From assembly GCA_051751065.1 (NCBI GenBank), contig JBNJKL010000004.1, positions 209,596-273,595 of the forward strand: a stretch of DNA of 64,000 bases. The letters are read 5' to 3'. Below, piece by piece: positions 58,789 to 64,000 of the stretch. The position numbers and the translations under genes were made by a program. The notes under the pieces are model-generated. The model saw only the letters and a list, made by a program, of their open reading frames with translations. It searched no databases and was not told where the DNA came from. Source of the DNA: Actinomycetota bacterium (GTDB lineage: Bacteria; Actinomycetota; Actinomycetes; Actinomycetales; Microbacteriaceae). Every line of letters starts with the position of its first letter. The stretch's first letter is position 1.

Positions 58789-59454
58789 ATGCCCCGCTCT
58801 CCCTACTCCTGCATCCTCTGGGATGTCGACGGCACGATCGTCGACGCCTCCGTCGGAATCCTCCGTCGCCTGAACACCGCCCTGACCCACTTCGGTCACC
58901 CCGCGCCCACACGGGAGGACCTGATCCACTGGATCGGACCGCCCATGTTCCAGTCGTTCCAGGACCAGGCCGGGATGACACCCGAACAGTCGACCGAGGC
59001 CGTGGCCTTCTACCGGACGCTGGGCAAGGCCGACGGCTACACGACAGATGTCGTGACCTACCCGGGCATGACCGAACTGATCCACGATCTCCACGACGCC
59101 GGCGTCCCGCAGGCGACCGCGAGCTCGAAGCCCGAGATGCAGGTGGATGCCCTGGTCGAGCACTTCGGGTTGCGCCCCGCGTTCCTGACGACCGTGGGTT
59201 CCACACCGGATGAGGCGACGCTCGCGTCGAAGCCCGACATCGTCGCCGAGGCGTTGCGCCGACTGTCCACTCGCGGTGCGGACACCTCGCGCCCGATCCT
59301 GATCGGCGATCGCCATCACGATGTCGAGGGCGGCATCGCCAACGGCGTCCCCGTGATCTTCGTGGACTGGGGCTTCAGCGACCCGAGCGAGGGCGATGAC
59401 GCCGACTTCCGGGTATCGACCGTCGACGAGCTGCGCGCACTCCTGCTCTCGTGA
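58789..59454 (+). CDS. HAD family hydrolase (phosphoglycolate phosphatase-like)
   Basis: DVDGT motif I (ILWDVDGTIVD), motif II S/T, and motif III GDRHHD. Confidence 0.85.
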   Translation: MPRSPYSCILWDVDGTIVDASVGILRRLNTALTHFGHPAPTREDLIHWIGPPMFQSFQDQAGMTPEQSTEAVAFYRTLGKADGYTTDVVTYPGMTELIHDLHDAGVPQATASSKPEMQVDALVEHFGLRPAFLTTVGSTPDEATLASKPDIVAEALRRLSTRGADTSRPILIGDRHHDVEGGIANGVPVIFVDWGFSDPSEGDDADFRVSTVDELRALLLS

Positions 59455-59458
59455 GACC

Positions 59459-59485
59459 GTGCGCCCGCGAGACCCGCGGGCGCAC
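59459..59485 (+). terminator. GC hairpin after the HAD gene (11-bp stem gtgcgcccgcg/cgcgggcgcac)
   Basis: It begins 5 nt after the stop codon. No clear U-tract. Confidence 0.5.
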
Positions 59486-59499
59486 GCGCCTCAACGCAC

Positions 59500-59544
59500 G
59501 AACTCCCTGACCCACACGCCCGGAGGCGGTAGGTCAGGGAGTTC
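59500..59544 (-). terminator. Hairpin after cspA (13-bp perfect stem gaactccctgacc/ggtcagggagttc)
   Basis: It lies 17 nt downstream of the cspA stop on the minus strand. Confidence 0.5.
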
Positions 59545-59560
59545 TCAGTGTGTCGCGCCC

Positions 59561-59767
59561 TTAGACGGGGCGGATGTTCTCAGCCTGCAGGCCCTTGGGG
59601 CCCTGCGCCACGTCGAACTCAACGCGCTGGTTCTCCTCGAGGGAGCGGTAGCCGTTGGACTGGATGGCGGAGTAGTGCGCGAAAACGTCAGCGCCGCCGT
59701 CGTCGGGGGAGATGAAGCCGAAGCCCTTCTCCGAGTTGAACCACTTAACAATGCCCTGGGTGCTCAT
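59561..59767 (-). CDS. cspA: Cold-shock protein (CspA family)
   Basis: ATG 59767. 68 aa: [35 protein letters not shown]... with RNP1/RNP2 motifs. Confidence 0.95.
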   Translation of the reverse strand: MSTQGIVKWFNSEKGFGFISPDDGGADVFAHYSAIQSNGYRSLEENQRVEFDVAQGPKGLQAENIRPV

Positions 59768-59989
59768 GTACTGCCTGTTCTGCTGGGTAAAAAGCCGACG
59801 CAGGTATGCACCGACGTTGCTAACGCTAGCCGACACGGGCGCTTAACGACAGGTGAAGACAGAAGGTAACCCAAATGTTGCACGTTCGACACATGCGACA
59901 CTCCCCCTGAAACAGAGGTGGCCCTCACCGCGGGGGGAGCGATGAGGGCCAGAGACGACCGGAGGGTGCGTCAGATTCCACCCTATCCT

Positions 59990-60036
59990 GGATTTTCAAA
60001 ACTTGTCCCCCATTTGGGGGACAAAACGGAAAATCC
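59990..60036 (-). terminator. Intrinsic-terminator-like palindrome; on the minus strand UUGUCCCCCA-AA-UGGGGGACAA is followed by GUUUUGAAAAUCC
   Basis: The extended palindrome is ggattttc-aaaac-ttgtccccca-tt-tgggggacaa-aacg-gaaaatcc. A U-run follows the stem only in the minus-strand reading. Confidence 0.5.
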
Positions 60037-60189
60037 GTGCGAGTATAGGACGATAGCGGCCCCCTCGAGTAGCCCATTGGGGACTGAACTACTCGAGAGG
60101 GCCCAATCGCATGCGCGGATCGTCAGGCTTTGGGGAAAGCCGTCCGTCTTCTGGGGTAAGACGGTGACGATCGATCCCCGTGCGCATGC
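59995..60189 (-). ncRNA. Candidate small RNA with three C-rich-loop hairpins plus a terminator (unassigned family)
   Basis: Minus-strand hairpins: 60145-60164 (loop ACCCCAG) and 60126-60141 (loop CCCC), both enclosed by the outer stem 60109-60189; and 60058-60103 (loop contains GUCCCCAAU). A terminator lies at 59990-60036. A possible -10 box TAATGT is at 60196-60201. No convincing ORF. Confidence 0.3.
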
Positions 60190-60473
60190 ACCTTCACATT
60201 AGGGGAGGATGTGCGTCGCGTCCACGGCCAGCCCGTGAACATGACGAAGAAAGGTTGGGGACAAGATCCCACGGGGGATCGCAGGTTTCGGGAGGAGACG
60301 AGGCGAACAGCACGGATGGCACATCCGTCGCCCCGCCTCCCCCGAAACCGCGAAGCACGAATCGCACGGTGGCCCTGCCCCGCAAATAGCCCGACTTCCG
60401 CCCGGAGTCAACCCCTTCGACGCCCGTCATCGCATCAGCGATGGTGTGAGGACGCTAACGAAGGGAGCAACAC

Positions 60474-60647
60474 ATGAGTGCTGCAGACAAGGCCAAGAAC
60501 GCCGCCGAGAAGATCGCAGGCCAGGCCAAGGAGACGACCGGCAAGGTCACCGACAACGAGCGCCTCGAAGCCGAGGGCCGTGCCGACCAGGTCAAGGCCG
60601 ACGCCAAGCAGACCGGCGAAAAGGCCAAGGACGCGTTCAACAACTGA
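60474..60647 (+). CDS. CsbD family general stress protein (57 aa)
   Basis: Hand translation: MSAADKAKNAAEKIAGQAKETTGKVTDNERLEAEGRADQVKADAKQTGEKAKDAFNN. RBS AAGGGAG. It is below the ORF-track cut-off. Confidence 0.85.
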   Translation: MSAADKAKNAAEKIAGQAKETTGKVTDNERLEAEGRADQVKADAKQTGEKAKDAFNN

Positions 60648-60670
60648 GTACGCTCCCGATTGTTCCGGCC

Positions 60671-61777
60671 GTGCCGCGCTTCGGGATCGAAGAGGAGTTC
60701 ATCCTTCTCGATCGCGCGAGCCTGGGCCCCGTCCCCCTGGGGCTCATCGCACGCGACGCCATTCGTGCGGACCACCCCGCAGGCACTGCCTCGGCGGAGT
60801 TCCTCACGTGTCAGGTGGAGTACGCCACGTCACCGGTCGCGGACCGGGAGGTGGCGCGCGCTGAGCTGAATACAGCTCGCCGCGCGCTCTCCCGCTTCGC
60901 CACCGCACATGGCGCCATCGCGGCCGGAACCGGGACACCCTTCGGTACCGGGGAGGCGGCGACCATCTCGCCCACTCCCCGTTACCAGGGAATCGGCCGC
61001 TGGCTCGGCGAGATCGTCGAGAGTCACCACAGCAGTGGCCTGCATGTCCACACCGAGGTCGTGGACGACGAGGATCGCATCCGCGCCTCCAACTCGCTTC
61101 GCGCCTGGCTGCCCGTGCTCCTCGCCCTCACCGGGAACTCACCGTTCTGGGGCCGGCGGGACACGGGATATCGCAGCTGGCGGAGCATCCTCCTCCGCCG
61201 CCTTCCCACCATGGGCGCGCCACCCGTGTTCCACGACATGAGCGACTACCGACAGCGGGTCGCTCAGCTCATCCGCATGCGCGCCGCCCCCGACGCCGCG
61301 TCGGTCGCCTGGTCCGTGCGTCTGTCCGACCGGTTCCCGACCGTCGAGGTACGCGTGTTCGACGCGCAGTTGGACGTCGACGACACTCTCTTCCTCGCTG
61401 TTCTGACGCGTGCGCTCGTGACCACGGCTCCCGTCGCCGACACGCACATCGACTCGGATGTCATCGACGCCTCGCTCTGGATGGCCGCCCGCGAGGGATG
61501 GAACGCTGCGCTCGTGCATCCGCTGAGCGGCGCGATCTCGTCCGCCCCCGACCTCTTCGATCTGCTGCTGGGCGTGACGGCTCCCGCACTGCAGCAGACC
61601 GGTGATCTGGCTTTCGTCGAGGACCACTTCGCACGGCTCCGCCTGATCGGCACCGGTGCGGAGCGCCAACTGGCGGCCGTCGCGACGGCGGGAGCGGAGG
61701 GCCTGCGCGCACTGTACTCCGGTATCCACCCCGTGAGCCCGACCGAGGGACTGCTCACCCCGAGCAACCTCGGTTGA
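60671..61777 (+). CDS. Carboxylate-amine ligase (glutamate-cysteine ligase family 2, YbdK-like)
   Basis: GTG 60671 (VPRFGIEEEFILLD...). GLHVHT motif. The first 75 codons of track ORF 60446-61777 are an out-of-frame overlap with the CsbD gene. Confidence 0.82.
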   Translation: MPRFGIEEEFILLDRASLGPVPLGLIARDAIRADHPAGTASAEFLTCQVEYATSPVADREVARAELNTARRALSRFATAHGAIAAGTGTPFGTGEAATISPTPRYQGIGRWLGEIVESHHSSGLHVHTEVVDDEDRIRASNSLRAWLPVLLALTGNSPFWGRRDTGYRSWRSILLRRLPTMGAPPVFHDMSDYRQRVAQLIRMRAAPDAASVAWSVRLSDRFPTVEVRVFDAQLDVDDTLFLAVLTRALVTTAPVADTHIDSDVIDASLWMAAREGWNAALVHPLSGAISSAPDLFDLLLGVTAPALQQTGDLAFVEDHFARLRLIGTGAERQLAAVATAGAEGLRALYSGIHPVSPTEGLLTPSNLG

Positions 61778-61808
61778 CAGATTTCGTGTAGCAACGTAGG
61801 TTGACAGC

Positions 61809-62054
61809 ATGGAATCCCTCGCCGCGGCGACCACCGCCGCCGACACCAGCGATCCGCGCGCCGGACTGCGCGCCGTCACCTCGCTCCGTGCCCTCACGGA
61901 CACCCTCGAACTGCGACAGGTCGAAGCGGCCCTCCGCGCGGGCATGACATGGCAGGACATCGCGGACGCGCTCGGCGTCACCCGCCAGGCCGTGCACAAG
62001 AAGCATGCCAAGCGCGTCGACCCATCGATCCCGACCGCACGGAGGACCCGATGA
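61809..62054 (+). CDS. Small helix-turn-helix protein
   Basis: 81 aa. HTH MTWQDIADALGVTRQAVHKKH. ATGA overlap with the downstream Clp_N gene. Confidence 0.7.
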   Translation: MESLAAATTAADTSDPRAGLRAVTSLRALTDTLELRQVEAALRAGMTWQDIADALGVTRQAVHKKHAKRVDPSIPTARRTR

Positions 62055-63043
62055 GCAACTTCCTGAAGAGCGCCGCGACGATGCAGTCCCTCAGTCTCGC
62101 CGGCATGGAGGAGGCCTCCCGTCATGGCCAGCGCATCGGTGACATCGAGCACCTTCTCCTCGCTCTGACGATCTCGGACCAGAGCGCCGGCCACGTGCTG
62201 CGCGGACTCGGCGTCACACTGGATCGCGCACGCGAAGCGATCGAGGAGGAACGGGCAGCGCAGCTGCGTGGACTCGGCGTCTCGATCGATTCCCCCCGCG
62301 GCGAGCGCATCGTCTTCCACGAGACCGAGGGGTACGAGTGGAGCGACCGCGTCACGCGGCTGCTCCAGCGCGCCGGCGAGCGCGACAAGAAGGGCGACGC
62401 GTCTGCGGTGCTGCGGGAGTTGCTCGACGAGCCGAGCGGTCTCATTCCTCGGATCTTCCAGCGACTGGGAGTCCCGCTCGAGGATGTGCGTGAGCGCCTG
62501 GATGAGGCGGATCGCCTTCCTCTCCCCTCCGGCCGGCGAGTGCGCGTGACGCGCGATCACGTGGTGGGCCGCGTGGAGAGCTTCGTCCCCGCACCGATCG
62601 ACGATGTCTGGGCCCTGCTCGCCGACCCCCGGCGGATGCCCGAGTGGGACCCCGTGACGGGGTCGATCGAACTCGAAGATGACGCTCCCAACGAGCCGGG
62701 AAGGTCATGGACGGGGCTGGCGATCATCGAACGGCCCGACGGGCGGCGCGCGGGGATCAAGGAACAGTTCGAACGGCGGCGGATCACCCTCCTCACGCTC
62801 GAGGAGCCCACCCGGATCGGCTGGCGGTTCACCCACCCGGATGCTCCGCGCAGCAACACGAACGACCTCACGATCGAGCTGTCACCGGCCGCAGCGGGAA
62901 CGCAGCTCGTACTGACCTCCACGTGGAACCGCCGTCGCGGCTGGCGGCGAATCATCGCCTGGCCGCTGCGTCCGTTCCAGCGCTTCCTCTTCTGGATCAG
63001 CCTCACCCAGATCGGCGGCGGGATCGGCCGCGTCTTCCGCTGA
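62051..63043 (+). CDS. Clp N-terminal (double Clp_N repeat) domain fused to an SRPBCC/START-like ligand-binding domain
   Basis: ATG 62051. The Clp_N repeats are IGDIEHLLLALTISDQSAGHVLRGLGV and SAVLRELLDEPSGLIPRIFQRLGV. The C-terminal half (VESFVPAPIDDVWALLADPRRMPEWDP...) looks SRPBCC-like. Confidence 0.7.
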   Translation: MSNFLKSAATMQSLSLAGMEEASRHGQRIGDIEHLLLALTISDQSAGHVLRGLGVTLDRAREAIEEERAAQLRGLGVSIDSPRGERIVFHETEGYEWSDRVTRLLQRAGERDKKGDASAVLRELLDEPSGLIPRIFQRLGVPLEDVRERLDEADRLPLPSGRRVRVTRDHVVGRVESFVPAPIDDVWALLADPRRMPEWDPVTGSIELEDDAPNEPGRSWTGLAIIERPDGRRAGIKEQFERRRITLLTLEEPTRIGWRFTHPDAPRSNTNDLTIELSPAAAGTQLVLTSTWNRRRGWRRIIAWPLRPFQRFLFWISLTQIGGGIGRVFR

Positions 63044-63065
63044 CCCACCGCCCACACGCGTGAGC

Positions 63066-63093
63066 GCGGGCCGACCCCGAAGGGTCGGCCCGC
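63066..63093. terminator. Bidirectional terminator hairpin between convergent genes (12-bp perfect stem gcgggccgaccc/gggtcggcccgc, loop cgaa)
   Basis: A strong GC stem with a tetraloop between the stops at 63043 (+) and 63112 (-). Confidence 0.6.
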
Positions 63094-63111
63094 TCTCTCA
63101 GTCGGTCTCGC

Positions 63112-63675
63112 TCAGGCGACGGCCGAGACGACTCCGGTCACGATCACGGAGAACACCGTGGTCCAGCCGATGATCGCCAGCGCCTGCCACACGAGGATGC
63201 GTGCGCGGCCGATTCCGGCGGCGGCGAGCATCGACGCGGTGAAGTGAGTGGGCAGAAGCAGCGGGCCGAGAAGGCTCACGCCCGGGACGCCGTAGCGCTC
63301 GAACGCACGCTGGAACTTCTGCTTGCGCGCTCCTCCCCGACCGTGCTCGTCGGCGACGGTGTCGACCGGTGCGTTCTCGAGCGCGGATCCGCCACCGGCC
63401 GGAACAGCCGTGCGGGCGGTGGTGCGTGCACGGTGACGCGAGACGACGGCCCGGCGGGCACCCGCGCTGGCGAAGACGACGATTGCGACCGCGACGAAGT
63501 TACCGACGACTGCAGCGATCGCCGCGACGATCGGATTGATGCCGCCGAGAATCCCGATGGTCGCGGCACCCTCACCCTCGATGAAGGGGATCGCGCCGGC
63601 GAGTGCGACGATGAGCGGCTGGACCAGCTCGGGCACCTGTGCGACCCAACCCTGGAAGATCTCGATGAGGTTCAT
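63112..63675 (-). CDS. Small membrane protein, putative small multidrug-export-like (COG2426-type)
   Basis: ATG 63675 (MNLIEIFQGWVAQVPELVQPLIVALAGAIPFIEGEGAATIGIL...). Four TM helices. The family call is tentative. Confidence 0.6.
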   Translation of the reverse strand: MNLIEIFQGWVAQVPELVQPLIVALAGAIPFIEGEGAATIGILGGINPIVAAIAAVVGNFVAVAIVVFASAGARRAVVSRHRARTTARTAVPAGGGSALENAPVDTVADEHGRGGARKQKFQRAFERYGVPGVSLLGPLLLPTHFTASMLAAAGIGRARILVWQALAIIGWTTVFSVIVTGVVSAVA

Positions 63676-63839
63676 GCTGTGCTCCTGTCCTGGGGGCGAG
63701 TGACTCGTGATGGTGTCCCTCGCTGATGAATACAGTCCATCGCACCGGCGCGTTCGCCAGAAGTGTGCGCCTGTCACCGCTTTCCGGGTGGTTCCCCCGT
63801 CGCATCCGTGACAACTGTCATGCCCATAAGGTGGGACGC

Positions 63840-64000
63840 ATGACCAGCCAGTCTGCGCCTGAGGTTGCCGTCGCCACAGCGGCACGGGGCGCTCGGCTCA
63901 CCCGCGGGATCACCGCGACCTGGTGGTACACGATCATCGCGGTGATCTTCCTCGAGGTGATGCTCGTCCTCATCTTCATGGTGGCGCTCCTGGAGCGCGG
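63840..64000 (+). CDS. Hypothetical membrane protein (N-terminal fragment; runs off the window end)
   Basis: ATG 63840. MTSQSAPEVAVATAARGARLTRGITATWWYTIIAVIFLEVMLVLIFMVALLER... has a positively charged N-terminus followed by a TM helix. Confidence 0.45.
   Translation, partial: MTSQSAPEVAVATAARGARLTRGITATWWYTIIAVIFLEVMLVLIFMVALLER

Noticed and set aside
59920-60189. Assigning the C-rich-loop hairpins to the actinobacterial 6C RNA family.
   Set aside because: 6C RNA is a short RNA with two adjacent hairpins, each with six or more C residues in the loop. Here only one loop (59920-59950, minus strand) has six C. The others have four, and they are spread over about 270 nt and separated by a terminator-like palindrome. 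I kept it as an unassigned sRNA candidate.
60180-60430. Small ORFs in the cspA/CsbD intergenic region: 60180-60389 (+), 60194-60430 (-) and 60199-60411 (-).
   Set aside because: They have no RBS in a suitable position, they mutually overlap on both strands, and their composition is low-complexity. The region is better explained by RNA structure.

Overview
High-GC actinobacterial chromosomal segment; the gene content and the RiPP cluster point to Microbacteriaceae, possibly Microbacterium (inference only). I support about 66 protein-coding genes. I found no rRNA, tRNA, CRISPR array, transposase or integrase. Many long ORFs in the supplied track are antisense or frame-shifted shadows typical of GC-rich DNA, and I did not call them. 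Housekeeping or recognisable genes: purA, argG, nucS, cspA, soxR, a six-gene Mrp/Mnh cation:proton antiporter operon, a MoxR-DUF58-VWA (Bat-like) operon, an Ehu-like polar amino acid ABC importer, a penicillin-acylase-family protein and several TetR/LacI/GntR regulator-target pairs. Main result: 18315-27821 is a tightly coupled 12-gene minus-strand operon that matches a daptide-type RiPP biosynthetic gene cluster. It encodes an RRE-containing accessory protein, a class III aminotransferase, an Fe-ADH-fold oxidative decarboxylase, a SAM methyltransferase, an M50-type intramembrane protease, an ABC exporter and a LuxR-type regulator. It also contains three short precursor genes (40-45 aa, each ending in Thr-stop), two of which are absent from the ORF track and one buried inside a spurious ORF. 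The cluster is bracketed by two same-orientation copies of a 52-nt palindromic element. A second accessory module (MFS transporter plus soxR) is bracketed by an imperfect direct repeat of about 87 nt. Other points worth a second look: a hairpin-dense, lower-GC 700-nt intergenic region next to cspA with C-rich loops on the minus strand (candidate sRNA), an ABC-like protein with degenerate catalytic motifs paired with a YhgE/Pip protein, and an HTH plus Clp_N-SRPBCC fusion pair. All coordinates, translations and alignments were done by hand from the sequence. No database search was run.
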